DNA of 63,633 nt, filler included, from Octopus bimaculoides (GCF_001194135.2; 5 parts of 5 records of this genome joined end to end with filler, not necessarily neighbours in it), one strand, 5' to 3'. Counted from the whole stretch's first letter, positions 13,125 through 27,319 are shown. Numbers and translations are program-made. The notes: generated by a model not told the origin, from the letters alone.

Positions 13125-14668
13125 CTCATAATTAATTTTTCTTGACAGATGAATGAGACGCTTGAGTAAACTCCTCAATAACGAAACACTGATGATTGCT
13201 GGAAACAGTTGTAAGTCAAATTTACTTCAATGAAGACAAATTTATAANNNNNNNNNNNNNNNNNNNNNNNNNNNNNNNNNNNNNNNNNNNNNNNNNNNNN
13301 NNNNNNNNNNNNNNNNNNNNNNNNNNNNNNNNNNNNNNNNNNNNNNNNNNNNNNNNNNNNNNNNNNNNNNNNNNNNNNNNNNNNNNNNNNNNNNNNNNNN
13401 NNNNNNNNNNNNNNNNNNNNNNNNNNNNNNNNNNNNNNNNNNNNNNNNNNNNNNNNNNNNNNNNNNNNNNNNNNNNNNNNNNNNNNNNNNNNNNNNNNNN
13501 NNNNNNNNNNNNNNNNNNNNNNNNNNNNNNNNNNNNNNNNNNNNNNNNNNNNNNNNNNNNNNNNNNNNNNNNNNNNNNNNNNNNNNNNNNNNNNNNNNNN
13601 NNNNNNNNNNNNNNNNNNNNNNNNNNNNNNNNNNNNNNNNNNNNNNNNNNNNNNNNNNNNNNNNNNNNNNNNNNNNNNNNNNNNNNNNNNNNNNNNNNNN
13701 NNNNNNNNNNNNNNNNNNNNNNNNNNNNNNNNNNNNNNNNNNNNNNNNNNNNNNNNNNNNNNNNNNNNNNNNNNNNNNNNNNNNNNNNNNNNNNNNNNNN
13801 NNNNNNNNNNNNNNNNNNNNNNNNNNNNNNNNNNNNNNNNNNNNNNNNNNNNNNNNNNNNNNNNNNNNNNNNNNNNNNNNNNNNNNNNNNNNNNNNNNNN
13901 NNNNNNNNNNNNTATACAGATAGATAGATAGATCGATAGATAGTTCGATAGATACACTTACCAGATTAGGTACACGTTTATATACTTGCTCACACGAATG
14001 CAAATACTTATATGCTATACACGCACAAAATCACTACACAAACAAGCAGGCGCGGCCAGCAATCACACACATATAGATACGTAGGTATATACATAGATAT
14101 TATATATTTAAAAGAAAGTATAGTCTTAAATATATAAAAACCTATTTTGTAATAGATACTCCAAAATGAAAAGAAGAAAAGATGACAGAGAAATACAGAA
14201 ACGCATTGAAAGAGTGAGACAAAGATGCAGAGAATTTTCAACTACCAAATCTACCAACACAAGGTAATATACGAAGTAAACTAGCGCACTGATTGAGTAT
14301 TTTATGACTAGATCCGAACATAAAACAACTGATGTCGAACAAGGCCCATTAAAACTACGGCAATTTATGAGTTGCAACTCTAGGGAATAAATGCTATTAT
14401 CTGCGTTATATATTTGGTCAATAACAAATGAACACACGCGTGCAATATTTGCTAAAATATGTTTATGTATTCCGACCCAATTCTTTTAAACATCATTCCA
14501 CCACAAACAACTCAATAAACAAGGTACTTCATTTCATTCTGAATAGATGTGAAAGGTAATAGTTTTGTGTGAGTATGTGCCTGCACGTGTCTGTGTATGA
14601 GTGACGGTATATATACATCCATCCATGTAACCATCCATCCATACATACGTACGTACATACACACATAT

Positions 14669-14722
<54 letters not shown>

Positions 14723-17700
14723 NNNNNNNNNNNNNNNNNNNNNNNNNNNTATATATATACGTATACATAAATGTATGCCTCATATGGATATGTATATATC
14801 TATGTGAATTTATTTTGTGTATGTATATATAAACATGTTTTGTGTGTGTGTATTTACATTTAAGTATGTGTTTACTTGTGTCTGTAGGTTGGTATTACTT
14901 AATATAAGAATTCGTCTATTCTCCAATCTGCAGTCCTTCCTCTGTTCTGGTGCGAAAATCTCCAAGATATAACAACCGATTTAGTCTTGTATTTTGCATG
15001 TAACCAATATCCAGCACTGATGAGTAGGATTTGTTAGTACAATTTCTCTTTCGTCTTGTATTCATACTTTTAAATATTCTCATTCGTCCAATGTCTTTGC
15101 TACACGTACCATGCTACACGTACCAAGAGGTACGCACGTGACATGAAAGCAATTTACACACAACGTACCATTAGGTACACGCGTACCATGAAAGGAATCG
15201 TAAATTATATTTGTCATATTGCAGATTTGAACCCCACGGAGAAGAGTGCTTTCCACAGGGAATAACGTAAGCCGTTTTGATTGTTAAGGGGTTGATCGTC
15301 AAGCGAAATATTATCGAGGTTCTCCAGGTTTTTCCTTGTATATCAGGAAGTCACTCCTTCCTGTTAGTATCTTAGGATGAATAGGACTAGTATTAAATGT
15401 CCCTTCGAATTATATGCCCTTACTGAAACAAGAAAGTCACGTAATTGCTTTTCATTCACAATGATTGTCTTGTACTGTCTTCTTTGCAATTTGTGATTGG
15501 CCGGCTTTGCCTAGAGTATTCTCAGAAGAGGTTAAAATATGTTGCAAATCACACAGGGAATTGAGTACATGAGAAATTGAAGGGTGGGCAGAGAATTAAA
15601 TGGTGCGTATAATACATAGTGTTTGTGGTTTTTTGGAGATTTCGAATTTAAATAATAAACTAATACACTGGTTGTTATGAACTGATGATACAATGTGTGT
15701 ATTTCCACAAGTTCCACAATTTGGCTTCGGCCTCGATGAGCTTATTATAAAACCAAACTGCTGATATACGTTCATATTACATCAAGCTGCATGAAACAAG
15801 ACCTAACTTTGCTTCATCTTCTAACCAATTACATATTGTATGGAATTAAGTACTTAGTCTGACAAAAACAATCCACCTATTTTTATGGTAATAACGAAAG
15901 TTGCTAGCATGCCAAAATTTCTGAATGCTACAACACTTCGAAAGTTGTAAAATCCCTACGTGAATATGAACTAAACATACTGCTACATTCGTGTTTTAAA
16001 AGCTGCTGTTGTCTGCTACCCAGATAATGAGGAGAGCGTTTGCTTTTTCTTCTTCAGCAATGAAATCAGTAATTTTGTTAACTTTTTCTCTAATTCCTTG
16101 AACCAATATGTTATGATTATCATACGAGAATCTCAATTGTTCTTAACGTAGTGCACTTAAGTCTCCTAACAGACATATATTCGAAATATATTGGGGAGGG
16201 GGGACACATTACCGTACATATATGAATGCATACGTATATACATAAATGCATACATATGTTATAATGCTTACTGTTTTTGTTTGCATGTAGGGTCAGTCTA
16301 CTAGGGTATAGTAGCTGTTTGCTATTCAGTAGTACAAGCAGAATGACAACAATGAAGCTCACGTGCCTTTATATGTGTGTCTTGCGAAAAAAGTGTTGCT
16401 TGCGAGAAAACGAAAGACGTAGAGCGTTTGCAGGCGAAAGAAAACTGACCGCTGATGTTCTATAAGAGTTCCTATCTATACCTATGGGAATAACAGAATA
16501 TATGTCCTAGAACAAATGAGTATATGTATTTTATCTATTCTAACCGCCAAATGATCGCAGAATTGTTACTGAAGCAAAAAGACCAAGATAAGTTTGACAG
16601 GTGACCACATAAATGTCCGAGTACTAACGCCGAAAAGGGAGGAAAGGATCCCGTTGGAAAATCTAGGCTAAGGTTTCGATTATTGGCTATGAATCGAAGA
16701 AACAAGTTGTTACACACACATGCACGCGCGTGCACACCTGCACACACACACACACACACACACACAATCGAATACACACATATATATACATATATAGAAA
16801 GAGCAAAAAAATAAAGAAAAATAAAGATGTACATAATTTGCATTTTAATAGATTCTGTATACACATTCCACAGTCTTCTAGCTGTGTGAATTTTAATATT
16901 TTTGAAAGAATGCTTAAATTCTTTCTTATCCTTTTGTAGTTAACAAGGCCCCGGGATGGTTCAGTTCTTGTGTAATTATAAAATATAAATATTTTTCAAA
17001 GTGGATGTGATAAGTGTTGTTTGTTTTCTTTGTTCGGAGATAATAGAAATTCTATTTCTCTATGCATCGGATGTATTCGCCACTGTATTCTGTTTAATAA
17101 TACAGCAGAATATTTTATTCATAATTCTTATTTTAGTATTTTAGCGATCGGACTTGAATTCTTAATTCAGTATAAGCATCGTCAACAAATGCATCTCATT
17201 GTTATGGTTACTAAAATAAGTAGCGAGGATACTGTTTACATTGGAAACATAATCTTCGATTCAGCCATATCTCAGAATTGACGTCATATTTTCTGTTGCT
17301 AGAGACACCGGCGGTAAACAAAGGAAAAACACGGGCTTATATAATCTCACACATATTAACGGAATGGTATTTGCAGCTTCATTTCAATATGTATAGTTTT
17401 ATACGCGCAGCCAAAACTGTGTTCAGGCATAGTAGTACGTAATCGAGGCTGGATCGTGCGAGTCAATTTAAACAACTTCCACCAAAACAGGCGTGAACCT
17501 TTCTCATATTAAAAAATCATTCGTGCTGAATCGGTAGCTATAATTAGAGTTTTATTTCTGCAGTATGCATGACATTGTTTGTCTCAATATTCTTATAAAT
17601 GTAGGTATGTGTTTAGTATCTCTTAATTTAATTTCATTGTTTTGTTTTTTTGTAACGAAGGCACTGTTTTCTAACAAAAATACAAAACTCCATCGTTGGA

Positions 17701-18049
17701 ATGTAGTTTGAACGTAATAACAATCTTGTATATGTTTAGTGTTCCTCTAGCAGATTGTATTGGCAATGCGCGTGCTATCTCATTTCTGAAAACACTATAT
17801 TTTCCAGAGTGTCACTGAATCATTGACTACAAAAAAAAAGTGCATCTTTTATTCGAAACGTAAATTTATAATGTGGGTTTAGATGCTGAAGGCTACGTAG
17901 TTAAAAGTAGCCATCCTCTTTCTCTTTGATTCTTGCAAGCTGACCTCTATGACGCTGTGCACTTTTCTTTTTTATATGCTAAACAAATACATATGGTCTA
18001 TTATATTTGTATCTGGTAGATGTCTTGTTGGGAATGATTCACCATAATC

Positions 18050-19130
18050 GTGTACACAGAAATGACAAATATAACTCAAATATTAGAGGACGCCAGAAAT
18101 AGCGCAAGAATTTCTGGAACATGGGATAATCCGAAGATTTGTTGGACACAGTACGAGGTGCTATCGTTGGGTCTAACACATCGTAAAGTAAACGCTACCG
18201 TGAATGATATCCAAAACTACAGTGGAAAAGGCTACCCACTGGATTTGGTTAAAAGGAGACCATGATCGATGACTAGAAGAATATTGAGCTTTATTTGATT
18301 ACCAATTGATCTAGTAAGTGTTGCCTCATATCAGTGAGATGGAGAGGTGCGCAGTGATACCATCGAGATGTAGGCCCTAATACGGCGCACATTTTCTCCA
18401 GATGACCAGATACATTTGCTGGCTTCCAGTATGCTGAACTTTCAACCGGTATTACTTGTTTGTGCAAGGTGTTTGCAAAACATCAATGATTTCCGATGGC
18501 GAATCCGAATTGCCAATTTACATTCAAAAGATGCATAACGTGCTATATGAATTGATGTGAACCACACTGAAACACTGCTAAAATGCATGCAATGGTAAGC
18601 AAATATCTTAGTTCGTTTTCAAGACAAATGATTCAAGTTATATCGCAAGTTACACTGCCGTTCATTAGAAGTATTTTATCTAATACTGCCACATAATTCT
18701 ATACATTGAACCATCCTTGAACGAAAAAAGTCCTACTCAGAAGCCCGTCCAACCGACGTATGTATGTATGTATGTATGTATGTATGTATGTATGTATGTA
18801 GGTATATATGTATGTATATATGTATGCATGTATATATGTGTGCATGTATGTAGGGAGGTTTTTATTTATGAGGTTCCATACTAATAACAGACCAACAGAA
18901 AACAACGCCATACTGTTCATTTGCCTGGTTAACGATAGAAACGAGATTTCACAACTACATGATGCATGAAATCACTTGTAAATTCAAAGAATCCTACAGC
19001 GGAGGTACTATCAGGTGCCTCAAAGCATCTCCCACATGAAATCCTTGAAGATTTACTGAAGATGGGTTTCTCAGTCCTAAATCTGAAAATACAAGTTAAA
19101 CCTTCAAGGCATTAGTGTCGCGTATTTCTT
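18050..19130 (+). mobile_element. Possible decayed Penelope-like element (RT C-terminus and GIY-YIG remnant)
   Basis: GYPLDLVKR (cf. PLE NGYPxxxIxR), HEITCKFKESYSGGTIRCLK (cf. GIY-YIG VYxIxCxxCxxxYIGxTxRxL) and a CTGAAGA...cc-taaa motif near 19056. All are heavily degenerate. Confidence 0.35.
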
Positions 19131-21282
19131 ATAATTTACGTTGTCTTCGCTTTTCTAACAAAAAAAGAAACCATTGATATATACGTGTGTGTTTGTGTGT
19201 GTGTGTGTCAGTGTGTGTCCTTGTGAGTGCGTGTAGACGAGATATATCTGTGTAGGTGAGTGTATAGGTACCTGAGTACACACATACGCACAAACAACAC
19301 TTATATGATTGGATCCATTTTCTCTAAATATTTAGGCGCAAAAGTTTATCATAGTTCACTCGATTAATTTGGCTGTTGTTTCTCCAAGTCTGTTTCAGTC
19401 TCTCTCTCTCTCTCTGATATATATNNNNNNNNNNNNNNNNNNNNNNNNNNNNNNNNNNNNNNNNNNNNNNNNNNNNNNNNNNNNNNNNNNNNNNNNNNNN
19501 NNNNNNNNNNNNNNNNNNNNNNNNNNNNNNNNNNNNNNNNNNNNNNNNNNNNNNNNNNNNNNNNNNNNNNNNNNNNNNNNNNNNNNNNNNNNNNNNNNNN
19601 NNNNNNNNNNNNNNNNNNNNNNNNNNNNNNNNNNNNNNNNNNNNNNNNNNNNNNNNNNNNNNNNNNNNNNNNNNNNNNNNNNNNNNNNNNNNNNNNNNNN
19701 NNNNNNNNNNNNNNNNNNNNNNNNNNNNNNNNNNNNNNNNNNNNNNNNNNNNNNNNNNNNNNNNNNNNNNNNNNNNNNNNNNNNNNNNNNNNNNNNNNNN
19801 NNNNNNNNNNNNNNNNNNNNNNNNNNNNNNNNNNNNNNNNNNNNNNNNNNNNNNNNNNNNNNNNNNNNNNNNNNNNNNNNNNNNNNNNNNNNNNNNNNNN
19901 NNNNNNNNNNNNNNNNNNNNNNNNNNNNNNNNNNNNNNNNNNNNNNNNNNNNNNNNNNNNNNNNNNNNNNNNNNNNNNNNNNNNNNNNNNNNNNNNNNNN
20001 NNNNNNNNNNNNNNNNNNNNNNNNNNNNNNNNNNNNNNNNNNNNNNNNNNNNNNNNNNNNNNNNNNNNNNNNNNNNTATATATATATACTTATATATATA
20101 TATATACTATATATACACGGTTACATACAGATATACATAAATACATAAAACAAATAAATTCTACATCATTAGGCAAGTAAACCAATTCGATCGTCCACTG
20201 ACATACAGACCTTTCTGTCTAAAGATTCGCTATGTAACACCACCCTCATTCTATATTTCATGTGAGATGTTGTATGCAGCTACACAGCATTTTGTGACGC
20301 CAAAGCCCAGTCTCCCGCACTAATTCTGCTGTTGTTCTCGATTGTTGTTATTACAATGGGGGATATCTGTATCTTATAATTGGGTAATAAATCCATCTTT
20401 CTACCTAACGAGACGTTTTAATCGAATTCCCTTATCGTAAATATAATTTTATGAGAATACATACCCTACCATCCACATCGCCTGTTACTATTCTTCTCCA
20501 CCTGCGTGTTCAGCATAATTGAGATTCAAAGTCTCACCTTACCTGTAGTTTATAGTAATTGTGGATGTTTTTAGTTTCTGGCATTTGTGTGTCCTGATGC
20601 ATTCATTCATTGATTCATTAATTCATTCTTTCCTTCATATATTAAATCTATTATTCTGAGATTATTTTATGCATCGTATATATCTTATCTTTTACATATT
20701 TTTACCTAGGTTTTGTTTATCAAAATATACGCTTCAGCTCAAAATTTCAGTCTAAACTTTCGTTTATGTCTATCAATGCACATATTCCACAATTTATTAA
20801 TATTTGAATTTCATTTCAAATATGGATATTTTGGTTGTTGGTACTGACTTGCAGGTTATTCACAAAGAAATCAATCTATAATTATAGATATTTCTGATTG
20901 CCATTCATAGAGAAGTTTTATCTAGTACTTCAAAACCAAATATTACTTCACCTATGATTTATCACGAGGTTCAGGCTAGCATCACTGAGAATAATACACA
21001 GACTTGCATTTTATGTCATGCGGGTAGGTTTTTCTAGCAAATGACTGAAACAAGTATATATATATATATATATATATGGGAGAATATACAAATAATAACA
21101 ACAGACGAGGACAGGTAGTGTAAATAACAAAAGTATATATTAGTATGACGGTCGGGAATACGGAAAGTCTTTGACGTTTCGAGCTACGCTCTTCAACAGA
21201 AAGAATACGGAGACAAGGAGAAAAACACGGAGAAAAAAAATTGAATAGTGTTCAGTCAACGGTCAATCATAATATATATATA

Positions 21283-21382
21283 NNNNNNNNNNNNNNNNNN
21301 NNNNNNNNNNNNNNNNNNNNNNNNNNTTAATTAATTAANNNNNNNNNNNNNNNNNNNNNNNNNNNNNNNNNNNNNNNNNNNN
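21283..21382. other. Artificial scaffold spacer 44N-TTAATTAATTAA-44N
   Basis: Exactly 100 bp; the 12-mer has stop codons in all six frames; the same construct occurs four times. Confidence 0.95.
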
Positions 21383-21795
21383 CCCCTGCATTATTCCCTC
21401 TTCAAAAAAAACTCGTACAAACACACCACCCCTCTTACATACATATTTACCCACCATACTCTTGCTGCATCACATCTCACTTGGCTTTTTTTGAAGCAAA
21501 GGTACATAACTCTTCCTATATCCCACATTTAATTGTCTCTTACGACTTCATTTTGCCCTCCCAACAGCACCCACTAAACAAATATGACACTCCAATAACA
21601 GAGAGCAATCACCATATCTTCTCCATAACTGCCATCTTTGAAGACCACATGTATTAGATAACTATTTAGTTATCTAATATCTGTTGCCAAATCAATTGGT
21701 CAGATTGTTTGTAATGGATCTATAATAGTGCATATATCAACCCTATATTGACAAATATACAAGTGTCTATTTTTTATGATCACAGATTCTTAGAC

Positions 21796-21828
<33 letters not shown>

Positions 21829-22580
21829 NNNNNNNNNNNNNNNNNNNNNNNNNNNNNNNNNNNNNNNNNNNNNNNNNNNNNNNNNNNNNNNNNNNNNNNN
21901 NNNNNNNNNNNNNNNNNNNNNNNNNNNNNNNNNNNNNNNNNNNNNNNNNNNNNNNNNNNNNNNNNNNNNNNNNNNNNNNNNNNNNNNNNNNNNNNNNNNN
22001 NNNNNNNNNNNNNNNNNNNNNNNNNNNNNNNNNNNNNNNNNNNNNNNNNNNNNNNNNNNNNNNNNNNNNNNNNNNNNNNNNNNNNNNNNNNNNNNNNNNN
22101 NNNNNNNNNNNNNNNNNNNNNNNNNNNNNNNNNNNNNNNNNNNNNNNNNNNNNNNNNNNNNNNNNNNNNNNNNNNNNNNNNNNNNNNNNNNNNNNNNNNN
22201 NNNNNNNNNNNNNNNNNNNNNNNNNNNNNNNNNNNNNNNNNNNNNNNNNNNNNNNNNNNNNNNNNNNNNNNNNNNNNNNNNNNNNNNNNNNNNNNNNNNN
22301 NNNNNNNNNNNNNNNNNNNNNNNNNNNNNNNNNNNNNNNNNNNNNNNNNNNNNNNNNNNNNNNNNNNNNNNNNNNNNNNNNNNNNNNNNNNNNNNNNNNN
22401 NNNNNNNNNNNNNNNNNNNNNNNNNNNNNNNNNNNNNNNNNNNNNNNNNNNNNNNNNNNNNNNNNNNNNNNNNNNNNNNNNNNNNNNNNNNNNNNNNNNN
22501 NNNNNNNNNNNNNNNNNNNNNNNNNNNNNNNNNNNNNNNNNNNNNNNNNNNNNNNNNNNNNNNNNNNNNNNNNNNNNNNN

Positions 22581-22630
<50 letters not shown>

Positions 22631-22800
22631 TATGTATGTATATGCACATACATTAATATACATATATATGCATACACATACACACACACATATATATATA
22701 TGAATTTATATATGTATATATGTACGTATATATACACACATACCTTAATATATATATATATGTATACACATACACACACACACATGCACACACGCACATG

Positions 22801-22838
<38 letters not shown>

Positions 22839-22880
22839 CTATGTGAGTTATTTATTTTCTCCTTCTCTCTCTCTCTCTCT

Positions 22881-22941
22881 CTTATTACCATTATTATTTT
22901 TATTATTGTTGTTGTTGTTATTTTTATCATTATTATTATTA

Positions 22942-22995
<54 letters not shown>
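22881..22995. repeat. (TTA)n microsatellite
   Basis: Direct reading of the sequence. Confidence 0.95.
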
Positions 22996-22996
<1 letters not shown>

Positions 22997-23329
22997 CATC
23001 ATCAAATTACAAAGGAGGTGGTAGTGGTCGTGGAGGTGAACATTGAAATGCGACAAAGTTTCAGTGATCTTGAGTTTATATCAAAGAACAGCTCATAAAT
23101 TTGATGTTATTTTAGTGATTAATATAGATATAAAATAATGCTTGACTGATTCCTACTTTCATTAATTAAGGCTAAGAGCTGGCTGGTTAGGATCATTGGA
23201 AGTTCTTTGGTTATGAATCCCAGTTCAAGATAAGACCCAAGTGCTCACTATTAATACTAAATAGTTTGAGATCAATTAGGGCTGCAGCTAAGATTTTTTT
23301 TTCTAGAGCCCTCAGACTTATAAGGCAGG

Positions 23330-23575
23330 TTACCCAGATCACAACGGTGCCTCTAAACAGGACACCAGTCCATTACAGGATTCAAGGCCAACAATTTTGA
23401 AGGGAGGGGACAAGCTGATTACATCGATCTCACTTATTTGACGCTACTCTATGTTATTGACTCAGAAATGATGAAAGACAAAGATGGCCTCAGCAAAATT
23501 TGAACTCAGAATGTAAAAAGCAGAAGAAATGCCACTAAGGATTCCGTCCCAATGCGTTAACAGTTCTGCTAGGCC
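23330..23575 (-). mobile_element. SINE family B, diverged copy
   Basis: Reverse complement of gttctgagttcaaatt...gcc.tcttt.atc..ttctgagtc.ataa. Confidence 0.7.
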
Positions 23576-23831
23576 CCAGCTCACTACCTTGGAGCTAAGA
23601 TTGCACAACCATTATAGCCCTTACTTCTTGGTTTGGTGTCTCTTAACATTCTGAATTTAAATCATGTCAAGGTCAATTATGCCTTTTATCCATAAAGGCG
23701 CCAGTCAAGTACTAAAGTCGATAATATTTACTGAACCTTTCCTTCAAATTTATGGCCTTGTACCCATAAAAAAATAAAGAAAGTACCATCAGCATCATCA
23801 TCATTATCATTTTTATCATCATCATCATTAT

Positions 23832-24165
23832 GGAACTTGTGCCAGTGGCACATGTAAAAACATTCGAACGAAGTCGTTGCCAGTGCCGCTGGACTGGCTC
23901 CTGTGCAGGTGGCATGTAAAAAACACCATTTTGAACATGGCCGTTGCCAGTACCGCCTGACTGGCCTTCGTACCAGTGGCACGTAAAAGCACCCACTACA
24001 CTCTTGGAGTGGTTGGCGTTAGGAAGGGCATCCAGCTGTAGAAACTCTGCCAAATCAAATTGGAGCCTGGTGTGGCCATCTGGTTCGCCAGTCCTCAGAC
24101 AAATCGTCCAACCCATGCTAGCATGGAAGGCAGACGTTAAACAATGATGATGATGATCATCATCA
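23832..24165 (+). mobile_element. SINE-like family C (internal ~65-bp repeats, RTE-type (GAT)n tail)
   Basis: tggcacgtaaaagcacc units, ggttggcgttaggaagggcatccagc core, ends cgttaaac(gat)n. Confidence 0.85.
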
Positions 24166-24189
24166 TCATCACCATTATTTTAATTAAGG

Positions 24190-24560
24190 CAGAATTGTCA
24201 GTGCATTGGATAAAATCCTTAGCGGCATTTTGTCCATCTTCACGTTCTGAGTTCAAATTCTGCTGAGGTCAACTCTGCCTTTCATCTTTTCAGAGCGCAT
24301 AAAATAAAGTACCACTTAAGTACTGGGTCTGATACAGTCAACTAACCCCTTTTCACTAAATTTACTGGCTTTGAGCCAAACTTTTATATTATTATTATTG
24401 TTATTATTATGGTGGCAAGAGACAGTGAGCTGGTAGAACTGTCAGTACACAGGACAAAATGCTGTCCTTATGTTCTGAGTTCAAATTTCAGCAAGGACAA
24501 CTTTGCCTTTGATCCTTCTGGGTTGATAAAATAAGTACCAGTTGAGCACTGGGGTCAATC
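24190..24560 (+). mobile_element. Two adjacent diverged SINE family B copies
   Basis: Each carries gttctgagttcaaatt...gcctttcatc...ataaaataagtacca. Confidence 0.75.
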
Positions 24561-24624
24561 TCTTCCATTTATGGGTCTGTAGCCCTGCTGGGCCTGTATA
24601 AGAACTTATTTCTTTTTGCTGGTA

Positions 24625-24852
24625 TGACTGTTGCTGTTGTGGTTGTTGCTGTTGTTGTGATTGTTGTTGTTGTTGTTGTTACTGTTGTTGTGATTGTTGT
24701 TCTCGATATTGTTACTATTCTCATTGTTGCTATGGTTGTTGTTGTTGTTGCTGTTGCTGTTGTCAGTGTTGTCATCATTGTAGTTGCTATCATTATTACT
24801 CTCAGTGTTGTTGTTTTTGGTGTTGTTGCTGCTGTTGTTGTGTTGTTGTTGT
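24625..24852. repeat. (TTG)n/(TGT)n degenerate trinucleotide repeat
   Basis: Direct reading; source of the polyN, polyT and polyV ORFs. Confidence 0.95.
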
Positions 24853-25443
24853 TTCTCCCCAGGCTGACCTTCATCCAACAGACTTATATGATGAAAGAAA
24901 TCCTAGTAGAGACCTTTCCATTCTTTTATAGGAAGGTAATGGAAGCAGGTACATAGGACTATATTATTCAACAAGTTTCCTTCCCTTATTTACAAAGGTA
25001 GAGTGCATTGTGAGGATGACCTGGCTGCTATTTCTTGCATGTAATACTTAAGGCTCCCTACTTAAAGTTTGATCACTGGTTTGCTTCTTCACACAGAAGC
25101 CACTCCAGCTGTGACCGTCCCATTTTTTTATAGTGAGGTGTTAGAAGTAGGCCACATTATGCATTGAGTTCCTTCTCCATTATTTATGACCAGAGAATGT
25201 GATGTGAGGATGACTTGGTTGCTATTTCATACATGTGGCATATCCACATAGAGAGAGGTTCCCTCCTCAAGTATTAAAGCTTCAACATTGATCTGTTTCT
25301 TCATACAGAAGCCACATATTTTACAAATACAGACAGCTGTCACTCATGAGTGAATATGACTCTGCAACATGTATCATGCTTTTGCTAATTGTTTTAGACG
25401 CATATGTATTTGTGAGCAGACATAGACACTCTCTTGGCAAACG

Positions 25444-25845
25444 TACAAGGTGGTATCAAAAAGTCTCTGGACTAATTATATTTAATAGAAAATAACATAT
25501 TTACCAAAGTTTTAACATCGTCTCCTTTGAAATAGTCACCGTGCTCGACAATACACCGGTCCCAGCATTCCTATCACTTTTGGAATCCAGCCTGAAAGTC
25601 GTTTTCCATAAGCAAGTCAAGGACCTGCCGTGATTTGTCCTGGGTCTTGACAACGGTGTTAAAATGGTAACCTTTGAGCTGCATTTTCATCTTGGGGAAG
25701 ATGAAAGTCTACAGGTGCTAAATTTGGTGAATACCATGATATTTTTGGTGAGAAACTCAAGAGTGAGGAAAGCTTGGTGATAGAGTGCATTGTCGCCATA
25801 AAGAATCCAATTCTTCACGCTCTACAGATCCAGTCACTTTCACCA
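25444..25845 (-). mobile_element. Mariner transposon 3' remnant with terminal inverted repeat
   Basis: TA + caaggtggtatcaaaaagtctctggact end. The minus strand encodes NWILYGDNALYH, YSPNLAPVDF..FPKMKMQLKG and F.K**ECWDRCIVEHGDYFKGD, which are mariner transposase motifs with stops. Confidence 0.9.
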
Positions 25846-26167
25846 AATGCCTTGCTCAAGAACTCAATGCATCACCCAGTTCAGGAATTGAACCCACAAT
25901 ATTATGATCATGAGTCCATCATCATAACCACTAGGCTGCATGTCTTTGTCTCCGCTGGCAGTGTTGGTGGCAAGGTGGAAGTGGATGATGGTGTATCTGG
26001 TGATTCAAAAGGCACAAATGTGTGGTTAAGAAGTTAAGAAGCTTGCTTTGCAACCACATAGTTTCTGGTTCAGTCCCACTGCATGGTACCTTGGATAAGT
26101 GTCTTCTACTATAGCCCCAGGCTGACTAATGCCTTGTGAATGAATGGAAACTGTGTGGATGCCCACC

Positions 26168-26220
<53 letters not shown>

Positions 26221-27319
26221 AGTCAAGCAGTGATGACAGTTGATCTTATAACACTCATTACAACTACTTCTGCTGCTGTTGTTGTGGTTGTTGATATTGC
26301 AGTTGTTGCTGTTGTTGTTGTTGTTGTGGTTAATGTGCTGCTGTTGTAAGCGTTTATTTTTATTTTTGCTGTTATTGATGTTATTGTTCATTTGGTTTTG
26401 TTACAGTCGTCGTCGTCGTTGTTGTTGTTGTTGTTGTCATGGTACTGCTGCTGCTGCTGTTTTACTTTCATGCCTGTGTAGAGTCCCTTGGTGACTGACC
26501 CAGACCAAAGCTAGGAAAGAGGAAGGCATGTTGTAGAGTGTCACAGAGAACCCAGACTTCATTGCATTTAATAGCAACAAAGTTACTTCCCCCTTTTCTC
26601 ATTCTCTGTTTCCTGTTCAACAGATTAGTTTCAATTTCATTAAAGGTAAAAAAAAAATGGACCTTGCAGTGTTTTTGTGCAGGCAAAATCAGTATAAGTA
26701 AGTGTGAGTGGAAGCTGGCCTGTTGAATAACTGAATTACTGATACTATGCATCCAATAGGCTCTTGCACACTCACTGGTTACTCAGTATCACTCACAAGG
26801 CAATTTGTAGCTATGGTAAATACTACCACTGCTTACTTACACTTGTGGGCCATTCCATAAAGTGGTACCAACATATAATAAAACAAGACTAAATTTATGA
26901 TAATCAAGCAGCATTATTAGAGTGTATTTTGTGTGTACAAAGAGAGGTATAATTGGTCTAGTTAAGTTTAGACCGCTGCGTAGGTTATTGTCATTGACTC
27001 TGTTTCCAATATAGTGGTTCAGTTATTATTATACTTAGTGGTATTACTAGTGTTGAATGCAGAGCAAATGTAGGAAAAATTACAATAAACACAAGTTTAT
27101 ATTATTAGTTCCTACGTATGTTTCACCATTGTGGCTACTTGGAACCTTGCATCGGATGCTCAAAGAGTATTTGAATGCTTCTCTCTGTAACTTAATGCGA
27201 TAAAGTGTTCCCTGATGATTGTGTTCTGGTTAAGCATCCAAATGCACCTGGAACAGCCAATGCAGGATTCCAAACACCCATAATGGTGAACCGTACATAG
27301 GAACTAATAACTCTTTCTA

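Noticed and set aside
10972-14003. Long ORFs of 250-420 aa (also at 19369, 21748, 30976, 41657, 46178, 47294, 49241, 59530 and 62152)
   Set aside because: Composed mostly of X from N gaps.
15225-15266. 42-bp AG/GT-bounded segment on + (FEPHGEECFPQGIT)
   Set aside because: No match to Slit or any family I recognise; short pseudo-exons are common.
15370-15520. Minus frame containing VSVRAYNSKG, reminiscent of a fibronectin III strand
   Set aside because: The rest of the FN3 pattern is absent and the frame closes without a donor.
21160-21199. Minus-strand CTGTTGAAGAGCGTAGCTCGAAACGTC, hammerhead-like
   Set aside because: The core has a substitution at a conserved A and no stem I partner is present; it may be a PLE-type repeat end, but a ribozyme is not supported.
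21327-21338. TTAATTAATTAA palindrome repeated four times between N runs
   Set aside because: Fixed 44+12+44 layout with six-frame stops: an assembly spacer, not a biological motif.
27100-27300. Minus-strand YGSPLW / LQREAFK fragments, possibly LINE RT
   Set aside because: Too degenerate and in different frames; cannot be supported.
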